DNA from: Sediminibacterium sp. | GTDB taxonomy: Bacteria > Bacteroidota > Bacteroidia > Chitinophagales > Chitinophagaceae | Length of the DNA stretch: 64,000 bases | NCBI GenBank assembly: GCA_046079965.1 | Contig: JBJTTC010000066.1 | Location: 7,524 to 71,523, forward strand | Reading direction: 5' to 3' | Shown: one piece after another, positions 47,578 through 56,155 of the stretch | Layout of the letters: every line of letters begins with the position of its first letter | Position numbering within the stretch: position 1 is the stretch's first letter | Position numbers and translations under genes: made by a program | Notes under the pieces: generated by a model | Databases searched by the model: none | Seen by the model: only the letters and a program-made list of their open reading frames with translations | Told to the model about the DNA's origin: nothing

Positions 47578-48549
47578 ATGGTACTCGTAACAGGTGGTTC
47601 CGGATTGCTGGGGTCTTGCCTCCTCAAACAACTCATAGCTGATGGTCAGCAGGTGAGAGCGATACATCGGTCAGAGAAACCTGTATTTGAAGGTTCTTCA
47701 AAAGTCGAATGGGTGAAGGGAGATATCCTGGATACTATTGTTTTGGAGGAAGCAATGAACGGGGTAGATCTGGTGTATCATTGCGCTGCGGTGGTATCTT
47801 TTCACCCCTCACGCAAAGCTGATATGCATCGGGTAAATGTTCAGGGTACAGCTAACGTGGTGAATGCTTGTTTGGATGCCGGGGTAAAAAAATTATTATT
47901 TGTCAGTTCGGTTGCTGCATTGGGCCGAATTCGGGAAGAAGAGCCTATCCATGAGGGAATGAACTGGAGTCCCGAATCAAGCAACAGTGAATATGGAAAG
48001 ACAAAATACCTGGCTGAGACCGAAGTATGGCGAGGAATGGCAGAGGGCTTATCCATTGCCATTGTAAATCCTGTCATTATACTTGGTGCGGGTAACTGGA
48101 ACAGCGGGTCTTCTAAAATTTTTCAATCTGCTTACCATGAATTTCCCTGGTACACGGAGGGCAGTAGTGGTTTTGTAGATGTGGAAGATGTTGCCCGTGC
48201 CATGATCTGTCTGATGAAAAGCGAGGTGACTGCCCGGCGTTTTATTATCAGTGGTGAAAACAGAACTTACCATGAAGTTTTTCAACTCATTGCGAAAGCT
48301 TTTCACAAGAAGCCCCCCCATCGCAAAGTCAGCAAATGGATGAGTGAATTGGTTTGGAGGTGGGAAGCAGTAAAAGCGATGTTTACCGGAGAAGACCCTT
48401 TATTAACGAGAGAAACAGCTGCTACCGCTCGTGCACGAGTTACATTCAACAATAGTAGTTTCCTGCAAATTTTTCCGGATTTCCATTATACTCCGTTGGA
48501 GCAATCAATTGAGCGCATCTGTCGTGAATATGAAAAAGCGTTTCACTAA
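47578..48549 (+). CDS. NAD-dependent epimerase/dehydratase family (extended SDR) protein
   Basis: VLVTGGSGLLGSCL (Rossmann GxxGxxG), YGKTKYLAE (YxxxK); 323 aa. Confidence 0.85.
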   Translation: MVLVTGGSGLLGSCLLKQLIADGQQVRAIHRSEKPVFEGSSKVEWVKGDILDTIVLEEAMNGVDLVYHCAAVVSFHPSRKADMHRVNVQGTANVVNACLDAGVKKLLFVSSVAALGRIREEEPIHEGMNWSPESSNSEYGKTKYLAETEVWRGMAEGLSIAIVNPVIILGAGNWNSGSSKIFQSAYHEFPWYTEGSSGFVDVEDVARAMICLMKSEVTARRFIISGENRTYHEVFQLIAKAFHKKPPHRKVSKWMSELVWRWEAVKAMFTGEDPLLTRETAATARARVTFNNSSFLQIFPDFHYTPLEQSIERICREYEKAFH

Positions 48550-48562
48550 AATTGGTCATCCG

Positions 48563-49510
48563 TTAACTCTCCATCACTTTTCGCCAGAGTTCGGGAATTC
48601 TTTTCACCCAAACCAACTCTCTTCTTTTAGCACCGGCTTCTTCAGCTGGATACCCGAGATAAGTCTTTCCTCCTGCCAGTGAAGAAGGCACACCACTTTT
48701 GGCAAGAACAACTGCATTGGCACCAATGGTAAGCGTTTTGCTAACGCCGACCTGTCCCCATAGTATCACCCCATCTTCAATGATGGTTCCTCCTGCTATA
48801 CCCACTTGCGCCGCAAATAAGCAGTTTTTTCCCACTTGTGTATCATGACCAATGTGCACCATGTTGTCTAGTTTTGTTCCATCACCGATCCTGGTGGTTG
48901 CAGTGACGCCCCGGTCAATGGTACAAGCAGCTCCAATTTCCACGTCATTTCCTATTTCAACCATCCCACAACTTGTCATCTTTTTGTACCAAATCGCACG
49001 ATCTTTTTTAGAATTGTAATAAAAGGCATCACTTCCAATAACACTTCCCGATTGAATGATTACCCTGTCTCCAATTACCGTACCCTCATGCAAGATAACA
49101 TTCGGGTGTATGATGCAATCTTTACCGATAGTAACCCCTTTTCCAATAAATACCTGCGGCATGATGATGGTTCCTTCTCCTCTTTGTAAGTCAGGGTTGA
49201 TGGATGAATCCTGCACTGTGAAGGGTTTGAAGTGGGCTACAATGGAAAGGTAGGCTTCAAAAGGATCCTCCACTACAAAAATCATTTTACCGGCAGGAAT
49301 ACTTACCTCTTTCGAATTTATAATGATAAAATCAGCTGCACTGTTCAAACATTTCTCGTAGTATTTGGGATGATCTACAAACACCATATCACCCGGCTCA
49401 ACTACATGTATTTCATTGATGCCGGCAATCATTTTATTCGATTCTCCCAGTGTCGATGCTGCGATAAATTTAGTCATCCACTCGGTTGTTACAGGTGCTG
49501 GAAACTTCAT
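48563..49510 (-). CDS. lpxD: UDP-3-O-acylglucosamine N-acyltransferase (LpxD, short paralogue type)
   Basis: The N-terminal uridine-binding-like domain is followed by left-handed beta-helix hexapeptide repeats (IGKDCIIHPNVILHEGTVIGDRVIIQSGSVIGSDAF...HIGHDTQVGKNC...). 315 aa. Confidence 0.82.
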   Translation of the reverse strand: MKFPAPVTTEWMTKFIAASTLGESNKMIAGINEIHVVEPGDMVFVDHPKYYEKCLNSAADFIIINSKEVSIPAGKMIFVVEDPFEAYLSIVAHFKPFTVQDSSINPDLQRGEGTIIMPQVFIGKGVTIGKDCIIHPNVILHEGTVIGDRVIIQSGSVIGSDAFYYNSKKDRAIWYKKMTSCGMVEIGNDVEIGAACTIDRGVTATTRIGDGTKLDNMVHIGHDTQVGKNCLFAAQVGIAGGTIIEDGVILWGQVGVSKTLTIGANAVVLAKSGVPSSLAGGKTYLGYPAEEAGAKRRELVWVKRIPELWRKVMES

Positions 49511-49865
49511 AATGGTTCCTTTTTGGATTAAAAACCAAAGTTACAGCGTAGTTACAGCCCCCGTTGCAATATTTTTTTTTGATATCGGGAGTTCGATTTT
49601 TGGTTGTTGAATTGGAATCTTTTTTCAACAATTAATCAATGCAACGGTTGAAGTATAACTAATTTCATTTTCTGTAATCCATTGCAGTCAATGCTTTCAG
49701 CGGATTTTGTATTTTTTGTTTTAACAACACACCGATGATTTTGCATACAAATGTTAGAAGGAATTCTCTTGCGGCCTTTTCGATAATCCACAATTCAAAT
49801 AAAAATGTTAATAAAATTATTTCAAAAAATTTTTGATGGAGCAGAAAGGTTTAATAATATTGTAT

Positions 49866-49939
49866 AGGGAAATTATATTTCCCTGTACTTACTAACCCAT
49901 CCATATACAAAGTCTCGCTTCTGCGGGACTTTTGTTTTT
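49866..49939 (+). ncRNA. Candidate small RNA or 5' attenuator (5' hairpin, unstructured linker, intrinsic terminator)
   Basis: AGGGAAA-ttata-TTTCCCT (49866-49884), then a 26-nt C/A-rich linker, then AGTCTCGC-ttct-GCGGGACT (49911-49930, one G-U pair) followed by TTTGTTTTT. An imperfect -7 box, TAATATTG, lies at 49855-49862. No same-strand gene upstream could own this terminator. Confidence 0.3.
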
Positions 49940-50533
49940 ATGTTTCATTACTATCTTTTTTATAAGCCCTTTCAAGTACTTTCCGCATTCACTTCGGATG
50001 ATGGCAAGAAAACATTGGCAGATTTCATTCGAGTGCCACGTGATGTATATCCGGTTGGCAGATTGGATTATGACAGCGAAGGCCTTTTGTTGTTGACGAA
50101 TGACCGATCACTCACACAAAAAATATTGCATCCTGCGTTTCAGCATCCACGTACCTATTTGGTGCAAGTTGAGGGAAGCATCACAGGAGAAGCTTTATTA
50201 GAACTTGGTCGGGGGGTGAGGATTCAAACTGCGGGGAAATTTTATACTACTCAACCTGCCAAGGTTTTTGCTCTCCACCCACCACCAGAACTGCCGGAAA
50301 GAATTCCTCCCATTCGATTCCGAAAAAATATTCCTGACTCCTGGGTGTCGATTACCCTCACTGAAGGCAAAAACCGCCAGGTAAGAAAAATGACAGCCGC
50401 CGTTGGATTTCCCACTTTGCGATTGATTCGGATTGCTATAGGGGAATTATCTCTGGATAACATGCAACCCGGACAATTAATTGAGGTATCGGGTAATACC
50501 ATCCATCGCCGGTTAATTTCATCCAAAGAATGA
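49940..50533 (+). CDS. Pseudouridine synthase, RsuA/RluE family (no S4 domain)
   Basis: YLFYKPFQVLS, VGRLDYDSEGLLLLTND (catalytic Asp motif), GKNRQVRKM; 197 aa. Confidence 0.88.
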   Translation: MFHYYLFYKPFQVLSAFTSDDGKKTLADFIRVPRDVYPVGRLDYDSEGLLLLTNDRSLTQKILHPAFQHPRTYLVQVEGSITGEALLELGRGVRIQTAGKFYTTQPAKVFALHPPPELPERIPPIRFRKNIPDSWVSITLTEGKNRQVRKMTAAVGFPTLRLIRIAIGELSLDNMQPGQLIEVSGNTIHRRLISSKE

Positions 50534-50595
50534 GTGCGAGATTCGGACTCTTTTCCCTTCCTTAAGCCAAAATATTGCGTTTCTTTTCAGCCCCG

Positions 50596-50603
50596 TATCT
50601 TTG
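50596..50603 (+). promoter_or_regulatory. Bacteroidota-type -7 promoter element (TATCTTTG) upstream of lysS
   Basis: Matches TAnnTTTG, 22 nt upstream of ATG 50626. Confidence 0.45.
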
Positions 50604-50625
50604 CGGCAAATCGATAACAGAGATT

Positions 50626-52149
50626 ATGAGTCAAACGCACTTATCTGAGCAGGAACTGATACGCAGGGAGAAGCTGGTGAAGTTGAGGGAGGCTGGAATC
50701 GATCCCTATCCCGCGGCTTTGTACCCTGTTACTCATTATTCACTCGACATCAAGAGCAGGTATTCAGAGGAGACAAAAGAACAGCTTACCAACCTTTGTC
50801 TTGCCGGCCGAATTATGAGCATCAACGACAAAGGCAAGGTATTTTTTTTAAAAATTCAAGATAGCCAGGGAATCATACAATTGTATGTAAAGCGCGATGA
50901 CATATGTTCGGAGAATGATTATACCCTCTGGGAGGTATTGGTAAAGCACGGCCTGGATCTTGGAGACATCATTGGTGTAACCGGATTTGCATTTGTTACA
51001 AAAACAGGAGAAACATCTGTTCATGTTCAAACCCTAACCTTGTTAACCAAATCCCTTAAACCACTTCCCGTGGTCAAAAGAGATGAAGAAGGGCAGGTAC
51101 ACGATGCAGTTACTGACCCGGAGTTCAGGTACAGACAACGGTACGCTGATTTGGTCATCAACCCTGCAGTTCGCGAAACTTTTGTTCAGCGTACCCGTTT
51201 GCTCAATACCATCCGTCAGTTTTTAAATGATCGGGGTGCCATAGAAGTAGATACCCCCGTTCTGCAGGCCATTCCGGGTGGTGCAGCGGCTCGCCCTTTC
51301 ATTACCCACCACAATGCGCTGGACATACCCTTTTATTTGCGCATTGCCAATGAGCTTTACTTAAAACGCCTCATCGTTGGTGGTTTTGACTGGGTGTATG
51401 AATTCAGCAGAAATTTTCGCAATGAAGGAATGGATCGTACCCACAATCCGGAATTCACTGTGCTGGAATGGTACACTGCATACAAAGATTATATCTGGAT
51501 GATGGAGACTACCGAGCAACTTTTTGAAACAATTGCTCTTACACTGCATGGCACCACCGATGTTCAATTGGGCGATAAAATCATTCATTTCAAAGCCCCT
51601 TTTCCCCGCATCAGCATTTACGACGCAATCCAGCAAAATACCGGTATGGATGTTTCCGGCTTGGAGGAAAAAGAATTGAGAGATGTTTGCCGGCAATTGA
51701 ATATTTCCGTTGATCCAAAAGTTGGCAAAGGGAAGCTCATAGACGAATTGTTCAGTGCAACCTCAGAACATACCTTCATTCAGCCTACTTTCATCATCGA
51801 TTATCCTGTGGAGATGAGTCCACTCACCAAAAAGCATCGGTCAAAGTCTGGTCTTGTAGAGCGGTTTGAGCTGATGGTGAACGGCAAAGAGCTTGCGAAT
51901 GCATACACTGAATTGAATGATCCCATTGACCAGAGAGTACGCTTTGAAGAGCAAATGAAGCTGATGGAGCGGGGGGATGATGAAGCTATGTTCATCGATC
52001 ATGATTTTCTCCGTGCACTTGAATATGGGATGCCACCTACATCCGGAATCGGTATCGGGATTGACCGCCTGTGCATGATGATGCTCAATCAGCCGTCTAT
52101 TCAGGATGTTCTTCTTTTTCCGCAAATGCGGCCCGAGAAGACCGACTAA
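50626..52149 (+). CDS. lysS: Lysine--tRNA ligase (class II)
   Basis: ORF track 50575..52149. I start it at ATG 50626 (MSQTHLSEQELIRREKL). Anticodon-binding OB domain, class II motifs (FRNEGMDRTHNPEFT, GIGIGIDRLCMML). Confidence 0.95.
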   Translation: MSQTHLSEQELIRREKLVKLREAGIDPYPAALYPVTHYSLDIKSRYSEETKEQLTNLCLAGRIMSINDKGKVFFLKIQDSQGIIQLYVKRDDICSENDYTLWEVLVKHGLDLGDIIGVTGFAFVTKTGETSVHVQTLTLLTKSLKPLPVVKRDEEGQVHDAVTDPEFRYRQRYADLVINPAVRETFVQRTRLLNTIRQFLNDRGAIEVDTPVLQAIPGGAAARPFITHHNALDIPFYLRIANELYLKRLIVGGFDWVYEFSRNFRNEGMDRTHNPEFTVLEWYTAYKDYIWMMETTEQLFETIALTLHGTTDVQLGDKIIHFKAPFPRISIYDAIQQNTGMDVSGLEEKELRDVCRQLNISVDPKVGKGKLIDELFSATSEHTFIQPTFIIDYPVEMSPLTKKHRSKSGLVERFELMVNGKELANAYTELNDPIDQRVRFEEQMKLMERGDDEAMFIDHDFLRALEYGMPPTSGIGIGIDRLCMMMLNQPSIQDVLLFPQMRPEKTD

Positions 52150-52163
52150 AAAAAGAGATGGCA

Positions 52164-52191
52164 AAAAAGAATGGTAAATGCAATTCTTTTT
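52164..52191. terminator. Possible bidirectional terminator between convergent lysS and the M20 peptidase gene
   Basis: AAAAAGAAT-ggtaaatgca-ATTCTTTTT: an AT-rich 9-bp stem flanked by A/T runs. It is weak. Confidence 0.35.
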
Positions 52192-52209
52192 CTTTCTAAA
52201 AAAATTTGA

Positions 52210-53676
52210 TTAATCACGGTAGTTCAGGGCAGGCTTTCGGTTGCCTAACAAAGCCTTGTATTGGTAGTCACCTACCTGAAGGCGATGTTCTTCCTTTGCT
52301 TCTTTGATGATGATGGGGTTGTTGAAAAGATCTATAGCAGTCAGCGCCATTGTTTTGGCAGCCACCAGCATACCTTTGTATCCTATGCCGGTTGCATTAC
52401 AGGCAACCGCTTGCCAGCTATGTGCTACCACACCCGGAACCCAGGTAGCAGATTCTAATCCCACTGTTGGTACGGCATAACTCACATCACCAACATCTGT
52501 GCTTCCTTCACCGGCTCCGGAACCAATTTCATCAGGAAGAGGAATAATTTCGGAAGCAGAAGAAACAGGGGGAGGATTATTCAGTGTAGTGCCTAATTTT
52601 TTTGCAAATGCAATATCTTCAGCAGAATAATTAACGCCACCGCTGATTTCCAGGTTTTGTTGCATCAGCTTTGCCAGCTTTCTGTTGATCAATAAATCGT
52701 GGGTTCCTCCAATGATCTCATATTCCATTCGAGTTTCAGTGCCTTTAGCGGCTCCTTCTGCCGTTTTCACCAATCTCTCAAAAATTGATTGTACCTGCTC
52801 TCTTTTTGGGTGCCGCACGTAATAAAAAACTTCAGCAAAATCGGGCACAACGTTAGGAGCTTTGCCTCCCTGAGTAATAACGTAATGGATGCGTGTTTCC
52901 TGGGGAACATGTTCACGCATCAGATTGACCATATAATCCATTGCTTCTACCCCATCCAACGCAGACCGCCCTCTTTCCGGTGCCATGGATGCATGGGAAG
53001 CTGTTCCGTAGAACCTGAATTTGGCTGAGGTATTGGCCAACCGAGAAGCCATGGTTACAAAGTTCTTATCCTTGGGATGCCAGTGAAGCGCTACATCCAC
53101 ATCTTTAAAATATCCATCCCGTACCAGATATACTTTACCACTTCCACCTTCTTCTGCCGGACAGCCATACAAACGTATGGTGCCCTTTATTTTGTTAGAT
53201 GCCATCAGTTGTTTCAGCGATATGGCAGCTGCTGCAGAGGCAGTTCCGAATAAATTATGTCCGCAGCCATGTCCGGCATCCTGTCCGGAGATTGATTTTT
53301 TTTCAGGAACTGCCTGTTGAGCCAAGCCGGGAAGTGCATCAAATTCTGCCAGCAATGCAATTACGGGTGAGCCACTTCCATAAGAGGCGATGAATGCCGT
53401 GGGCATACCTGCGATGCCTACTTCAATTTGGAAACCTTCTTTGCGCAGCAGGTCCTGTAAAAGAGCACTGCTTTTGGTTTCTTTGTAGCCAACTTCTGCA
53501 AATTCCCAGATATTCCGTGCAATTGATTCATAGGTTGTTTGTCTGGTATCCAGTTGCTGTAGGGTAGATTTTTTCAGGTCTGCTATGGTTTGGCCCATTA
53601 GCTTGTTAGCAGCAGCAACTGTCAGGAGGAGTCCTGATGTGAACATTAGTTTGCGTAGCATAATCCAGTTGAACAA
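52210..53676 (-). CDS. M20-family amidohydrolase (AbgB / aminobenzoyl-glutamate hydrolase subunit B-like), secreted
   Basis: Signal-like N-terminus, then EFDALPGL, GHGCGHNLFG and the GCPAEEGGSGK metal-ligand motifs. 488 aa. Confidence 0.82.
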   Translation of the reverse strand: MFNWIMLRKLMFTSGLLLTVAAANKLMGQTIADLKKSTLQQLDTRQTTYESIARNIWEFAEVGYKETKSSALLQDLLRKEGFQIEVGIAGMPTAFIASYGSGSPVIALLAEFDALPGLAQQAVPEKKSISGQDAGHGCGHNLFGTASAAAAISLKQLMASNKIKGTIRLYGCPAEEGGSGKVYLVRDGYFKDVDVALHWHPKDKNFVTMASRLANTSAKFRFYGTASHASMAPERGRSALDGVEAMDYMVNLMREHVPQETRIHYVITQGGKAPNVVPDFAEVFYYVRHPKREQVQSIFERLVKTAEGAAKGTETRMEYEIIGGTHDLLINRKLAKLMQQNLEISGGVNYSAEDIAFAKKLGTTLNNPPPVSSASEIIPLPDEIGSGAGEGSTDVGDVSYAVPTVGLESATWVPGVVAHSWQAVACNATGIGYKGMLVAAKTMALTAIDLFNNPIIIKEAKEEHRLQVGDYQYKALLGNRKPALNYRD

Positions 53677-53678
53677 TT

Positions 53679-54497
53679 TTATACGAATAAGTCTTTGTAC
53701 AATGTAGCACCCGGTACAACAGAGTATTTGTCCAAATCAGTGATACCGGCTTTGGCCAACACTTCCTCATCAATAAAAGTATGACCGGTACATTCTGCTG
53801 CCGGCTGACTTAATATGTAGTGGGCAGCATCAGCAATGATATCAGGGGTGCGACTCATGTTTGCCAGGGCTTGTCCGCCCAATAAGTTACGCACTGCAGC
53901 AGTATCAATTGTGGTGCGGGGCCAAAGTGCATTGGAGGCGATGCCTTCTGCTTTGAATTCAGCTGCCCAGCCCAGCGCCATCATACTCATGCTATATTTA
54001 GAAACGGTATAAGCAATGTGTCCCGCCAGCCATTTGGGATCGAGATTGATGGGAGGAGATAAAGTCAGGATGTGAGGATTGGTGCCTTTTCGCAAATAGG
54101 GTAAAGCATGTTTCACCATGAGGAAAGTTCCCCGCACATTGATATCATGCATCAAGTCGAAGCGCTTACTTTCAGTTTTATCCGTAGGTGTCAATTGAAT
54201 GGCAGACGCATTGTTGATGATTGCGTCAATTCCTCCAAAATGGGTAACTGCTTTTTCCATGGCTGCCTGGATCTGTTCTTCATAGCGAATATCCAGTTGT
54301 ATGGGTAGTCCTTTACCGCCTGCTGCTTCTACTTCCTGTGCAGCACTATAAATAGTACCCCCCAGGCGTGGGTCTTCCTCCACACTTTTAGCACCGATTA
54401 CAATATTTGCTCCCTCAGCGGCCAGTTTAAGTGCCATGGCTTTACCAATACCTCGGCTTGCACCGGTGATAAAAATAGTTTTGTTTTTGAATGACAT
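53679..54497 (-). CDS. SDR-family oxidoreductase (HSDL2-like)
   Basis: ITGASRGIGKAMA, NNASAI, YTVSKYSMS (YxxxK); 272 aa. It lies 2 nt upstream of the M20 gene. Confidence 0.85.
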   Translation of the reverse strand: MSFKNKTIFITGASRGIGKAMALKLAAEGANIVIGAKSVEEDPRLGGTIYSAAQEVEAAGGKGLPIQLDIRYEEQIQAAMEKAVTHFGGIDAIINNASAIQLTPTDKTESKRFDLMHDINVRGTFLMVKHALPYLRKGTNPHILTLSPPINLDPKWLAGHIAYTVSKYSMSMMALGWAAEFKAEGIASNALWPRTTIDTAAVRNLLGGQALANMSRTPDIIADAAHYILSQPAAECTGHTFIDEEVLAKAGITDLDKYSVVPGATLYKDLFV

Positions 54498-54556
54498 AAA
54501 GTGGGTTTAATTTTTTAAGAAAAAGGTTGGAAAAATGTAGGTTCGTAAGAATTGAT

Positions 54557-55162
54557 TCAGGAATTGATGGTTGGGTGAAGGAATTGTTTGGATTGTAAAA
54601 AATCTCCGATGGCCTTGTCAGCCGCAGCACAGGCAGCTTCCAGTTGATTATTCACAATAACCTGATTGAAATAATTTTTGAAAGAAATTTCAAAAGCAGC
54701 TTTATCCACCCGAACCTGCAAGCTTTCTTCCGTTTCTGTACCTCTTGCCCGCAAACGATTTTTCAATTCACCGAGTGATGGTGGCTCAATGAACAAAGAA
54801 AAACATTGTTCAGGATATTGTTGTTGCACATGAATAGCGCCTTTCACATCTATGTCGAGCAGCGGTACCTGATTTTGTTGCCAGATACGATTTAATTCAC
54901 TTTGCAGCGTACCATAATACTTTCCTTCATATACCATTTCCCACTCGACAAATTCATTGGTAGAAATTCTTTTTTTAAATTCCAGCTCACTGATGAAGTA
55001 ATAATCTACACCCTCCTTTTCATTTCCCCGGGGCTGACGGGTAGCGGCAGAAACTGAAAATGCCAGATAAGGATATTTCTGCAAGAGATACCGGGTAATT
55101 GTGGTTTTTCCCGCACCGGATGGGGCAGTGATGATGACAATCGGTAAGGTTGAATGGCCCAT
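54557..55162 (-). CDS. gmk: Guanylate kinase
   Basis: APSGAGKTT P-loop, SATRQPRGNEKEGVDYYF, EWEMVYEGKYYGT. Confidence 0.92.
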   Translation of the reverse strand: MGHSTLPIVIITAPSGAGKTTITRYLLQKYPYLAFSVSAATRQPRGNEKEGVDYYFISELEFKKRISTNEFVEWEMVYEGKYYGTLQSELNRIWQQNQVPLLDIDVKGAIHVQQQYPEQCFSLFIEPPSLGELKNRLRARGTETEESLQVRVDKAAFEISFKNYFNQVIVNNQLEAACAAADKAIGDFLQSKQFLHPTINS

Positions 55163-55312
55163 GTCCGGACTTTCAGCAAAGAAACAATTTATTATGCATT
55201 TGCCGTCAGTTGCCCGGCAGGGGAAAAATGAAAAGTAATATTGTCCTTGAATAACCCTTGATAACCGGGAAGTAAAATGGAAGGAAAACGAAAATCAGTA
55301 AAAGCAGTTGGC

Positions 55313-56029
55313 TCAATATCGGTTGTACTGATTTCCTCTGTTGTCGTTGCGGTTACCGCGCTGCCCACCCTGGTTGTTTCTGCCTCCACCGGGTCTGTTG
55401 TTTCTTCCGCCACCGCGGCCACCAAAGTTTTTCTTGTTTTGCCATCTCCCGCCACCCCGCTGGAAATCATCGCGCTCAAAATTTTGGTTGCGGTGCTTGA
55501 TAAAGGGTGTATTGCTGAATTCGAGTTGACCTCCGGTGATGTTGTTTAATTCCGCGCGGATGGTATCGTCATGTACCAGTTCTTTGTGCCAGTTGCTATA
55601 TGCCAGTTTCATGTAATAAGCTATGGCGTGCGCAAATCCCGCTTTTTTATCAGGGTCTTCCTGCTGCAAGGCCTTTTGTATCACTACCTCCAGGTTTCGC
55701 CCCAGGTGTGCATACCTGGGATGCCTTTTTGGATAGGGTAGGGGATCTGGCTTTTGATGATAAGTTTCGCGCGATGGTTTTGGATAAGGACTATCTACAT
55801 CGAGTGCAAAATCACTGATGAAAAAAAGATGGTCCCATAATTTATGGCGGTAGTCCTCAATTGTCTTTAGCTGAGGATTCAGGAATCCCATCAGTTCGAT
55901 GACATATTGTGCTTGCTGTTGTCTTTTTTCACGGTCTTCAATGGTCAGTAAGAAGTCAACCATTTTCTGCACATGACGACCATATTCTTTTAAGTCAAGT
56001 CCTGGCCGCTGAGTATTGTAATCCATCAA
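55313..56029 (-). CDS. DUF4290 domain-containing protein with a C-terminal RGG/RN-rich tail
   Basis: The N-terminal region (MDYNTQRPGLDLKEYGRHVQKMVDFLL...KLWDHLFFISDF...) matches my memory of DUF4290. The last roughly 50 aa are GGGRWQNKKNFGGRGGGRNNRPGGGRNNQGGQRGNRNDNRGNQYNRY. Confidence 0.75.
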   Translation of the reverse strand: MMDYNTQRPGLDLKEYGRHVQKMVDFLLTIEDREKRQQQAQYVIELMGFLNPQLKTIEDYRHKLWDHLFFISDFALDVDSPYPKPSRETYHQKPDPLPYPKRHPRYAHLGRNLEVVIQKALQQEDPDKKAGFAHAIAYYMKLAYSNWHKELVHDDTIRAELNNITGGQLEFSNTPFIKHRNQNFERDDFQRGGGRWQNKKNFGGRGGGRNNRPGGGRNNQGGQRGNRNDNRGNQYNRY

Positions 56030-56155
56030 TCAATAAAATAGTGTCTGCGAAGGTACGATTTTCCGTGGGGATGGACAAAGTGGGGCACCTATTTTACAAA
56101 TCGCTGTTGCTCAGCATCTTTTCACCATGTGAAACTTGCGTTTTATCTTTACCGG

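Noticed and set aside
49511-49939. Long AT-rich spacer as a replication origin (oriC)
   Set aside because: There is only one near-consensus DnaA box (TAATCCACA at 49784-49792, one mismatch). Other candidates have 3 or more mismatches. There is no box cluster, and neither dnaA nor dnaN is nearby.
49511-49939. The same spacer as a known structured RNA (tmRNA, RNase P RNA, 6S, SRP RNA)
   Set aside because: There is no GGGG...ACCA tRNA-like end or tag ORF, and no conserved RNase P or SRP core motifs. The region is too AT-rich for those folds. Only the last roughly 75 nt look structured, and that part is reported separately.
55192-55549. ORFs on both strands (95 aa on -, 90 aa on +, 62 aa on +) over the end of the DUF4290 gene
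   Set aside because: They are generated by the repetitive GGN/CGN coding of the RGG tail. The translations are Pro/Ala/Val/Thr low-complexity strings.
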